Source of the DNA: Octopus vulgaris
Lineage: Eukaryota
DNA: 64,000 bases
Assembly: GCA_951406725.2 (NCBI GenBank)
Contig: OX597814.1
Span: 93,806,001-93,870,000, forward strand
Reading direction: 5' to 3'
Made by a program: the position numbers and the translations under genes. Every line of letters starts with the position of its first letter. Position 1 is the first letter of the stretch. The notes below the pieces were generated by a model. The model was not told where the DNA came from. It made no database searches and was given only the letters and a program-made list of their open reading frames with translations. This document shows positions 14,034 to 25,156 of the stretch, in pieces.

Positions 14034-14864
14034 TAGTACTAACCAGAATTGGAATATAAGTTATGATTAAATGCATATGAACAAAATATTAAAACCCATA
14101 ACAAACAATGTTACACACAGTCTAAATGACAGTGACGTATGAGAGTTTAGATTTAGAGGCCCAGAGGTCGGTGGGGTTTGATTAAACTCAGGGGCTGACC
14201 CTAATGCCAAACACTCTAGCTAAATCACTACTAAATGATAGCACTGTTCAACATCGCCCACGTTCCCCAAAATATATTATCGATTAACTTCAACAACCGA
14301 AAGTGCACCTTATTTACACACTACACTCCACAGCACACTTACACCAGATATATTCTTACACACTCACTGCTAGACACTACAACACCAACAAATCATACGA
14401 CTCGCCTACAACAAAATAAACAACTAAAAGCATAAGACAGCCATCATAGCACGTAATTTATGCAAACTGCACCTGCCGCTAAATCACGTAACATCAATCA
14501 CGCAACACATACGAAACTGAAATACAACACAACAAATTAGCAGTAAGATACAATAGAAACCCGAATTAAATTCCTCAAGACACGGTAACTAATAATATTA
14601 ATCAATTGTTACATTTGCATAATATTTTTTATCGCACACTATTTAGGTTTCTTCACCATCTGCGTTTTCATGTCTATGGCACAGATTATTAAAAATTTTA
14701 TCATTATTTATCATTCTTCTTTTTAACTACTCCTACATATATAATCAATATATACGTTTCATTCGAAACTAATTTGATCTTAGTTTAGCTCTTTGATATA
14801 TATTTACATAGGTTTTATATAACATGGTATATGTTCTATGAATTTTATGGTATTTTGCCTTCTG

Positions 14865-15248
14865 TACTCTTTTACTCTTTTTTTTAACTCTTTTACTTGT
14901 TTCAGTCATTTAACTGCGGCCATGCTGGGGCACCGCCTTTAGTCGAGCAAATCGACCCCGGGACTTATTCTTTGTAAGCCCAGTACTTATTCTATCGGTC
15001 TCTTTTGCCGGACCGCTAAGTGACGGGGACATAAACACACCAGCATCGGTTGTCAAGCAATGCTAGGGGGACAAACACACACACACATATATATATATAC
15101 ATATATACGACGGGCTTCTTTCAGTTTCCGTCTACCAGATCCACTCACAAGGCATTGGTCGGCCCGGGGCTATAGTAGAAGACACTTGCCCAAGATGCCA
15201 CGCAGTGGGACCGAACCCGGAAACATGTGGTTGGTTAGCAAGCTACTT
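14865..15248 (-). mobile_element. OR-like SINE, body and 3' part (split by insertion 15249-17563)
   Basis: Homology to other copies; head resumes at 17564-17600. Confidence 0.92.
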
Positions 15249-17563
15249 TATTTCATAACATTTGCCATAAAGGCAGTACATAGAGTAAGTTAGCTTCGCG
15301 GGCTGGACGAGGACATTAATGAAATGAATGATAATGAAAGAAAGATGATGGGGATGGGAGAAGGCAAAAAGCGCCCGCCGACTTCTGCCTCTCTAAAACA
15401 TTGTTCTTTTAAAAACAAACACAAAACGAGGTATTAACCTCTTACAATTTTACAACTTTTCAATTTTTGGACTTAACAGTCCATTACTAACAACAACATA
15501 GTTCAATAGTTACATATGATATAAATACAATACACAAAGCCCCTCCTCCCAGACTTGGCTTACACTTCCCTTAGGAATGCGCCAGCTCTAGGTCGGGGCC
15601 CCTCAAGTCGTATCACAATTTATGACTCGTCCTCAAAATAACTTGTACCTGCACCCTCCGCCATCCACCACGCCTCCCTCAAAATGTAATCGAGTTCCGT
15701 GTTAGCGTCGCCCGGGACCAAGCTATAATCCTCATTGAGCTCCTTCAGCCCAAGCGTCACGTCGAACGCCACGACCTCCATAGCTACCTGCGGAGGCCAT
15801 TCGGGGTCCTGTGTGAAGGCTAAAGGTGCTCCCTTGTGGTGCTTTTCCATCACCTTTTCAATCTCTCCGCCTCTGTGGAAGAGGATCAATACATCGTTTT
15901 TGCTCGGGTGCGGGATATTCAATTCTTTCGTTGGCGGCACAGTTCCCGCCAACGGTGTTTCTTTTTCTGTCGGTGGCACAACCCCAACCGACGTAGTTCC
16001 GGGACATTCCGGTACTATGTCACCGACTGCCGGTAATGTCCCGTTTCTCTTCCTCTTTTTCTTTTTTTTCAACTGAGGGAGGGTGCGTCTCCTCCGTGGC
16101 CGGAAGATTCGCCTTTCCCTCCTCATCCCTAGTATCCTTTGGTGAGCACCCATTGTTGCTCACCTTCCTCTTTCGGCCTCTGTTTGAGGAGTCCTCCACT
16201 TCCTCGGCCGTTTTCATTCCCTCTTCTACAGGGGTTTCACTTAACTGTTCCGGGATCCTATTTTGTTCCCGGGGACAGTTCTTCTTTATATGGCCGGACT
16301 CCAAGCACCGATGACACTTGTGGGGCGACCCTCAAGCATCACCGGGTACCTGCACCCGGCCATTTTCAAAAAATCTGGAAGAACCAGATTGGCTGATTGG
16401 GTCCAAAGGGTCAAAATTGCTTTTGACCCAACCCAAGCAGCCGCAGGAAGAACTTTCACATTAAGGAGCTTAGTTTCGCTGCTACCCAGATCCCAGCGGA
16501 TAGTCTCCTCTATCCACTAGGGTTTTATCCCGGGTGGCAGCCCGTAGATCCACGCTTTCGTCAGTCTCTTTTTTTGGTACGTGGGCAGGAATAAAATTTC
16601 CTTACCCTCCAGGGATTTACTAGCAAATTTGCAAGCCTCTTCAGGGGTGTCAAATAGCAACCACACCGTTGCATATTTGACACCCCTGGAAATGAATTTA
16701 ATTGTTGGCAAATACTCTGCCAACTCCTTTTCAATTGCCGTCTTTTCGAATAGGGCGATGGTGTCGAGGGCCTTGGAGTAGGTTCTCAACACCACCGTCC
16801 TATCTTCACGGTCTTTTAACCACTTTTTAGGCGGTATAATCTCCCATTCCAAAATTTTGTCATTTTTCATTGCCATGTTTTTTTGGGTTTTTTAAAAATA
16901 TATTCAAAATAAACTTAAAAAGCGAGAAGAAAAAGTTCAAAGGTCCAAATAAAATTCGATAGATTTTTTGAAAAAACAAAAAGGAGGAAGCACAACAGAA
17001 GGGAAGAAATCAACGGAAAGTCGCAATAAACAAAAAAACAAAAAGGGGAGTTTAATGAAGTTCAAAAGAAAGTCAGTAAACAGCAAAACACAGCAAATCT
17101 TCTGGCCTTACGGTACTCCCGGCCTGAGTTGAACCTAGAACGCCGCAACTGGAACACAAAATTTGGTCCAAAAGGTACTCCAAAAGTGGCTCATTCTTAT
17201 AATTTTCTTGCGAGATACTCCGACAAAGGAATAAATTCAACAAACCCAACCACAGCACTGGCCACCGCCAACGGTAATTTTAACAGTAACTTTATTGTGT
17301 TCTGAGGATACGCCTCTCCACTGTTTTTTTTTCAATAAACACAAAAACAGCAGCCGCCGAGAGCAGGCGAAATTGTCTCAGAGTTGGACACAACTTACTG
17401 AAAAAATAATTAGCACGCAATAAATTATGCCCAACTCACAATAAACAAAATCACTCACCTCGACAACTTTCTGTTTTTGGTCTTTTTTCTGTAATTGGAC
17501 GGAGCTAGCTAACTCACGTCCACTCTGGCTCAACAGGAAGCAACTGACTAACAGCGCATGTGC
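15249..17563 (-). mobile_element. Complete 2.3 kb ORF1-only (half-LINE/HAL1-like) non-autonomous retroposon
   Basis: 15-bp TSD gttagcaagctactt at 15234-15248 and 17564-17578; one disrupted ORF 16876->15620 with CHRCLESGHIKKNC knuckle; ends in AATAAA; no RT/EN motifs seen. Confidence 0.85.
15620..16876 (-). pseudogene. gag/ORF1-like protein (~420 aa) with CCHC zinc knuckle; one stop and two frameshifts
   Basis: ORF pieces 16517-16876, read-through to ...MLEGRP, shift to KCHRCLESGHIKKNCP (16020-16304), shift to 15620-16153 tail. Confidence 0.8.
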
Positions 17564-17600
17564 GTTAGCAAGCTACTTACCACACAGCCACTCCTGCGCC
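17564..17600 (-). mobile_element. Displaced 5' head of the OR-like SINE at 14865-15248
   Basis: Reverse complement ggcgcaggagtggctgtgtggtaagtagcttgctaac equals the SINE start at 33178. Confidence 0.92.
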
Positions 17601-18039
17601 TGTGTACATTAATTTTCATTAATTTTTGCTATAATAATCTATGACTGCATTTAATTAGTGATAATGGATGGCGCATTATATAGTTATTGAAATCACTTGA
17701 TATAAGTGTATGTATAATTGTGTATGTGTGTTAGTGTGCGTATGCTTGTGTGTGTGTATGTGTGTTTGTGTGTGTACATAATAGCATACCAAGGCATAGA
17801 CGAAATTTAAAGTAATGGTAAGTCAGATAAACAACCAACTTGTTAGATATATGAAGACATTGCAGCAAATGTGAATGTGTACACACGATCTATATGTTTA
17901 TGTATGCACGCCTGCGTGTCTGTGGGCATGCGGATGAGTATGGTTAGAATACAAGATACATAAGATGTTCCGGTAGCCCCTCATACTCAGACTCTGTATC
18001 TGTCTACGTATCTCTGCAGTGAGAGCTCATACCTTGTAT

Positions 18040-18400
18040 CTTTTACTTTTCATCTTCTAAAGAATTCTTTTAGTCGAATTAATCGACCTCAGTACATATT
18101 CTATTGGTATCTTTTACCGACCCGCTATTAAGGGGGTATAAATACACCAGAACTGGTTGTCAAGTGGTGGTGGGAGACAAATATAGTCACAAAGACAGAC
18201 ACACACACATATACATATACATATACATGTATATGTCTATATATACGACGGGCTTCTCTCTGTTTCTGTCAGCCAAACCCACTCAAGCTTTTGGTCAGCC
18301 CAAGGATATTGTAGAAGAACTTGCAAATGGTACCACGCAGTCACTGAATTCGGAGCCATGTGGTTGAGCAGGAAGCTTCTTAGCTCACAGCCATGCCCAG
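18040..18400 (-). mobile_element. Older diverged OR-like SINE
   Basis: cgacgggcttct..ccactcaagct..ccatgtggtt..cacagcca remnants in the same order as younger copies. Confidence 0.75.
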
Positions 18401-18997
18401 AAACAAAAATACTGGTTTATACAGTAGTCAGATATAACTATTTTTGGTATTGTTTCTGTCTTAGTAGTGAAGTCGTTTGGTTAGGTGCAGCCATCTAAGC
18501 CGATCTTGCCAGCATTTCTTAACTTTAATCCTTATCATTAATGATTGCATCTATGTATTTGAACTGATACACGAAGCTCGAGTGGGTCTAAACCATTTAG
18601 CATTACACTACTTTCCATGAAGATAACACAACGGTAGGGAAATCACGTCGAAATACAAATTGTGAACGTATTTTTTACTTGATAATCTTGACAATCTCAT
18701 CTCTACTCATGTCCAGTGAGAATCACAGTCAGTTTAGCAGCTTTCAGCAGTAGCACACATCTATATTGTCTGAGAATCTCTTGGGACAGGAGCGGTTACA
18801 TGAGTGGATTGTAGATTGTCAAACTATTTATTAAGCGTATGTTTCTGTCTATTATTTCAGGAATTACATTTGCTCAAAGGCAACGTAGTGTAATTAGTCA
18901 CAGAATAGCTGAGCCAAAGATTAACTGCGTTGCTCGCCTTTGGTGGGGTGGGATTTACAATTTCAGACGTCCCACATACAAATACACACACACGCAT

Positions 18998-19059
<62 letters not shown>

Positions 19060-19462
19060 CAAATAGATGAGTGTATTTTTACCATGTTAACAAATAACAC
19101 GGAAAAAATAAATAAATAGTTACCAGGATAGCAAAAAATCTCACAAGTAAAGAGGCTGTAACTCCTTGTTTATAAAAGTAGAAACTTCGTGTTTACGTGG
19201 AATTTTTTGTATAATATATGAATAAATAAGTGGAGTTTAACGCAGGTATAAATCAAATATTTCTAGACGGCTGGATGGTATTAGCTAAATTAAAGTTAGT
19301 ATTAGTAAATATATTAATATTTAACAGTTTGTTATGTGAAGAGATAATTTGTAAGAGATTTTTTGTGTTGGAAAAACCGATCCTAACCGTATGTGAATTG
19401 ATAATAGAGTAATACCTAGAGTTCTTTGGAAAAATATTTGATTTATACCTGCGTTAAACTCC

Positions 19463-19532
<70 letters not shown>

Positions 19533-19639
19533 GAATAAATATACATACAAAACCTTGTACATTTTTATGAATTTTATGGTAATTTACCATTTGTATATGC
19601 ATATATAATTTAATTAAAGGACACAATACATGTCTTTAA

Positions 19640-20860
19640 TAATCCCGTTTTATGATTAGATAGGGAAGATACGAACGCTAGAAAGGGCAGTACTGGAAAA
19701 GTAAATAATAAAAATGGAGCTAATAACTAAATGTATAGTTACAAGAGAATGGATAGAAGGGAAATAACAAGTACTAGCACAAACAATATAACCGAAGGCG
19801 GTATCCAGAATGTAAGAAATCAGAATAGTGTAAATATCTTTTGATATAGAAAAACTAAGACAAGGGACATAAATATTCAAGTAAAAATAGGAGATAATAA
19901 AGAACTAGGTAGGGTTAATCACTGCGATTGAACAAAACGAAAATTATGCCCATTAAAATTAAATTGCATAACTAAAGATTTGGTTTACATGGGCAAAGTA
20001 CTTTCAGAAGAAGAGATATATTCCTACATAGGGTATAGTTCTAGTTTCATAAAATGTAGAAGAGCTAGTCACGAACTATCTTTTAGAGATAAAAATAAGA
20101 AAAATACGCGCTTAAGTAAATTAATTTGGTCGTTAAAAGATATTAATAGAGCATACTGAATTACTTGGGATATAATTAGTAGGGCTAAACCCTATTGTAG
20201 AGGAAGCAAAAGGTGTGAATTAGTGTGTAGAGGAAATATAACAAATCTTTACCAGAAAATTTAATCTGATAAATCATAGGCAAGAACGTGCGCAAGATGT
20301 GCAAATACGTTTAAATATACTTTTAAGAAGTTTAAGTAAATGCATTACAATTACTACTAGAATTAGAATTAGAATTCAGCAAATAATGAACTTGAATTAA
20401 GCGAACACGTCTACAAATACAATTATATTAATTTTCTTTGAAAAGAGTTGAAGAATGAAATTACATTTAATAAAATTAATGCTAAGAAGGATATTTAATT
20501 AAATATAACAAGAAAGTGATAAACCTATAATTATAAAAATAAAAAATAAACCAAAAGTGTAATTCAATAACCCACACAGTATAAAAATACTCTTCTAAAT
20601 TGGTAGAATGATGAGCTAGAATATAATACTTAGGAACCTACGAGAACCTTGACCTGCTTTGAAGACCACATCCAGCAATAAATAAACTGGTGGAGGTAAA
20701 CTTCAGGTCACGAGGAAATACGACTATTTAGAGTAAAGTCAACACCTCTTAAAGGATCTACGCAGCTGAAACGTGCGTAGATCCAGGAGAAGAACGATGT
20801 AAATAATTGTATAATGAAATATGGATGCGCAAATTTCCGTTCTCATGATTTTCATTAATT
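19640..20860 (+). mobile_element. Decayed Penelope-like element 3' part (GIY-YIG endonuclease and terminal repeat)
   Basis: ~19920-20230 translates CPLKLNCITKDLVYMGKV..YSYIG..SHELSFR..LSKLIWSLKD..W.IISRAKPY..GSKRCEL. Confidence 0.78.
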
Positions 20861-21164
20861 TCATTATATATATATATATATATATATACATGTGTGTGTG
20901 TGTGTGTAAATACACATATATACGTTTATATATATATATATATACGTATATATATATATATATATATACCTGTGTGTGTGTGTTTGTGTGTGAGTATGTA
21001 TAAATGTTCGCTTTTATGGGAGATTACAGATGAAACAATTTAGCATTAAACTGAAAGGTCACACGGTACATCTTAGTATAGTACATATTTCTAAATTTTA
21101 CAACTTAAAGTTCGATAGTATCGTCTAAGTTTGGGCTTTGTAGCTGTCAATCGAATGTGTTTTT

Positions 21165-21715
21165 CAAGCTAGATGCGAATACGCCAGACATCATATTGAA
21201 AGACTTCAGACAAAAATCATGCCCCCTCATTGATATGACTATCCTAATCGATATAAACGTATCTGTCAAGACCTACCTAAAACTGAGCAAGTATAGAGAT
21301 CTTGAAACAGAAATTAGAAAAATGTGGAACCTGAAGATTAAAACAATACCTGTTGTCATAGGTGCCCTAGAAATGATAGCAAAAGCGGCTGATTGTTTTC
21401 TAGCTCAGATATCAGGAAACCCCAAAATGGCAGAAATTCAAAAGATAGTGCTCATGGGAACTGCCCATGTCCTACGTAACATACTGTCTAGGTACTCTCA
21501 AATTTTAAAACAAACACATAATTTTCTTATGGTTTCTTAAACATCCCTAGAACAACGGTATGTACAAAACCAAATATATAGCACTCTAGGCATAACACCA
21601 GTATGAACTTCTAACTTGTTGTCTCTTGAGGTCTCTGGATGAGACTTGGAACCAACTTGTACAAATGCAAAACAAAAGTCAAACATAAAATAATAATAAT
21701 AATGATAATAATAAT
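21165..21715 (+). mobile_element. R4/Dong-like LINE 3' end (second subfamily) with (TAA)n tail
   Basis: ORF 21157-21540: PDIIL..IDM..KLSKYRDLETEI.KMW..IPVVIGAL..QKIVLMGTAHVLR. Confidence 0.88.
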
Positions 21716-22093
21716 CCTTTCAACTTGAAGCAGAAGGCCTCAAATTTGAAGGAAGAGATTAAGTCGATTACATTGACCCCAGTGCGTAACTGGTACTAAT
21801 TTTATCGTCCCTGAAAGGATGAAAGCAAAGTCGACCTCAGCGGAATTTGAAGTCAGAACGTAACTGCAGACGAAATACCTATTTCTTTACTACCCACAAG
21901 GAGCTAAACACAGAGAGGACATAAGAAAGGAGAGACAAACGGATTAAGTCGATTATATCGACCCCAGTGCGTCACTGGTACTTATTTAATCAACCCCGAA
22001 AGGATGAAAGGCAAAGTTGACCTCGGCGGAATTTGAACTCAGAACGTAGCGGCAGACGAAATACCGCTAAGCATTTCATCCAGCATGCTAACG
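21716..22093 (-). mobile_element. Dimeric Meta-core SINE (OK-like)
   Basis: Reverse complement of the 11791-12188 layout. Confidence 0.85.
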
Positions 22094-22129
22094 ATATCAA
22101 TAATAACAATACTAAATGAAAAAGAACTG

Positions 22130-22455
22130 AAAATTATTTGAGAATGATCACTGGTTAACCATCCGTGCAGGAAGTGCAAAAGATTGTCTTAACTCGTACG
22201 TCATACGTTTTGAGAAGAGCATTGTCACTGTGAATTTTCTTCCCTTTTCCACCTTCATTTTCTTTATTTAATTAGTTTTTATTTTTTTCATTTTTTCTCT
22301 ATCACATAACTTTGTAAATGAACAATTTGTTGTGTTTAATTTAATGGCCTAACAATATATATATAGTACGTTTCCCTGTCCTAGGTGTCAGGAAGGCACC
22401 CGGCAAAAAATAGAAATAGAATTGAAAGATGATAATGAAAATAACAATAATAATA
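22130..22455 (+). mobile_element. R4/Dong-like LINE extreme 3' end (third variant)
   Basis: EVQKIVLTRTSYVLRRALSL* then UTR and taa/tga-rich tail. Confidence 0.6.
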
Positions 22456-22599
22456 CTGATGATGATGATGATGATTTCTCTTACTGGACACAAGGGCCAA
22501 ATCATTCAATAAAAGGAACTACTTGATATGAAGGTGGAGGGGAAAATTCAATTAAAATAGTAAAAGGAAAGGAGATTAATAAAGTGTAGTCAGACTTAC

Positions 22600-23249
22600 A
22601 GCAAATAATTGTCCAAGTGTAACAGATAATCCGGAAAGAAGATTAATAATGTATAGGCAGACTTACGGCAAATAATTGTCCAAGAGTAGATAGAAAGTGA
22701 TCGTGAGCCCATATCTGAACGTTTGGGGTCAAGGTTAGCAAAAAAAACGTAAATACCATAATAAACGTTATCATAAATTCTATACCAAAAGCTTGACCTT
22801 TGTGTTTCGGCATGAACCGTTGTAACCCCTAGTTGGCCGTGCGCCTCATGTGGGGTTAATCCGTATAAAATACCAGCGCCTGTAATGGCACCGGCGTATT
22901 GTGCTGTGATATAAAAAATTGCCCTTAGCACATTGACGTTTCGCGTGACTAGCATTGCTATAGTAACGGCCGGATTCAGGTGAGCACCGCTGATATGTCC
23001 CACACACTGGACCAACGTGGCGGTGGCCAGTCCGAAAGTGAGTGCTATTTTCAATTCGTATTCGATGAGCCGTCTCTCATCCATGATCTGTCGTTTCTCT
23101 TCTTGTCTCCATAACGTCCAAGAACCACATCCGATGAAAGTATAAAGCAAAGTAGTAAGGAATTCACAGCGGACAGCCTTCCAAAAACTGTGACTCATTA
23201 AGTCCTCCTTAAGAGACATCAGCTTGCTTCGGAACGGAGTTTCGGTCAT
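22600..23249 (-). pseudogene. Aquaporin (MIP family, AQP4/big brain-like) exon covering TM1-TM5, disrupted by indels
   Basis: FWKAVRCEFL, GHISGAHLNPAVT (first NPA), AQYAGAITGAGILY; GQAFGIEFMITF in a shifted frame; ends GLSVTLGQLFA|GTAAGT donor; second NPA exon not found in window. Confidence 0.85.
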
Positions 23250-23379
23250 AGCTGAAGCTGTACTGAAATCAACAATTGATGCTGATGATGCGGTTAACGT
23301 TGCCTCTGCCGTTATTGTAGCTGTTTTCTATTTCTTTTCTGTTTTTCCTTTTTTTCGTTTCTGATTATTATACTTCTAG

Positions 23380-24126
23380 CGGTGTTATTGTTGTTGTCAC
23401 TGTTGTTGTTGTTGTTGTTGTGTTGGTGTTTTATTTTTTCTTGTTGGCGTTGCTGCTGCCGCTGCTACTGCTGCTACCTCTGCTGTTGTTTATGTTGTTC
23501 TGGTTGCGTATTCCTCGTTGCTGCTACGGATGATCGTTTGGCAGCTGCGGGTGAGAGTGATGCATGATGATGACAATGATGAATGTGATGGTGATGATGA
23601 TGATGATGATGATGATGATGGCGACGACGGCGACGATGATCGTGATGATGATGACGACGACGAGGACGATTACGATAATGATGAATATATATCGATGGTG
23701 GGGGCGCTGGTGTTGGCGGTTATGGTTGTGTTGATGTTTTTGATTGGGATTTTATCGATGCTGTTACAACTGACGCTGATGTTACTGCTTTTAATGCCTC
23801 TCTTATTGCTGCTGCTGTACTGTTGCTGCTGCCGATGATGATGGTGTTACTACTGTTGTTGATGGTATTGCTGTTGTTGTCGTCGTTCTTGTTGTTGACG
23901 ACGATGATGATGATGGTGATGACGCTGTTGTATTTGACCCTTCTCTCTATTGTCTTCTTCTTCTTCTTCTTCTTCTTCTTCTTCTTCTTCTTCTTCTTCT
24001 TCTTCTCCTTCTCCTCCTCCTTCTCCTCCTCCTCCTTCTTCTTCTTCTTCTTCTTCTTCTTCTATTACTGCTGCTGGTGCAGTTGCTTCTGTTCTGAAGT
24101 TACTAGTGATGACGATGATAACGGTA

Positions 24127-24165
<39 letters not shown>

Positions 24166-24190
24166 CGGCTTCTGTCGATGCTGCTGTAGC
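23380..24190. repeat. Compound trinucleotide low-complexity region upstream of the aquaporin ATG
   Basis: (TTG),(CTG),(GAT),(GAC),(CTT) runs; stops seen in the frames I checked. Confidence 0.85.
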
Positions 24191-24530
24191 TGATATTACA
24201 AACATTAGCGCGCTATGTTCTGGTAGAACGGGATATATAGTGGAGGCAGTTATATCTCCTACTCCTACTCCTACTCCTGCTTCCACCTCTCTCACGGTTG
24301 GCTGCTGGAGATGCTGGATGTGAAGATGATATCCACACAATATCAATAGGTCGATGACGACTTTAGTGTTGAGTGTATAATGGAGGAGGGTGGCGGTGAC
24401 GGCGGTAGAAGGGGTTCAAATGCATACAGGTGTCTCTCGTTGCTGTAGCCTTGGCGGTAGTGGGGCCGATGTTTGTTGGTTTCTTATATATATATATATA
24501 TATATATGTTATATATTATATATATATATG

Positions 24531-24581
<51 letters not shown>

Positions 24582-24684
24582 GTATATATATATGTATATA
24601 TATATAAATAAATAAATAAAACATATGCATATATACATACATATATGTACGTACCTACCTCTACGTATATATATACATGCATAC

Positions 24685-25050
24685 ATGGGTACAGGACACC
24701 AAAAAAAAAACGTCGAACACAATGAGAAACGAAAACATAAACACAAAACCGTGGAAATGGACATTTTTTTAAACAACGAAAAAATAGAGTACAGGACATA
24801 CAAACAAGGAAAATTCCCCTTCTTCAGTCGCCTTAATTTCATCTACTCCACGTTTCGAAGGTCAGGCGATACATGACTTCAATGAAATTTTCCTTCCCGC
24901 GGAAATCAAATTGAATAAAATTTGAGATTTTTTTGCGGAGGGGTAAAAATGGTAACAAAAACAGGACAGTAGCGACAGTACAAAATATAAACAGGACAAC
25001 GGAGAATAACACTAACACAAACAAGGAGGGCTGTTAAGCCAAACGAGATA
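24685..25050 (-). mobile_element. Penelope-type terminal repeat remnant
   Basis: Related to 50634-50790 (gggtaca..ccttcNtcag..tctactcc); carries CTGAAGA and GAAAC half-motifs on minus strand. Confidence 0.5.
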
Positions 25051-25062
25051 TATATATATATG

Positions 25063-25095
<33 letters not shown>

Positions 25096-25156
25096 GTAGA
25101 AAATAAGCAAGAGGATATCAAGAAGTGATGCAGTACGACCGTTTTAAGTGGCTCCA

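Noticed and set aside
15060-15293. Recurrent peptide RRASFSFRLP...RHLPK in several ORFs
   Set aside because: Antisense translation of OR-like SINE copies, not a gene family
22596-23249. Aquaporin as a processed pseudogene
   Set aside because: Homology ends at a GTAAGT donor at the expected aquaporin intron position and there is no poly(A), so it looks like a genomic exon
24815-24870. Possible type II (permuted) hammerhead GAAAC...CTGAAGA on the minus strand
   Set aside because: No stem I can be formed between the halves
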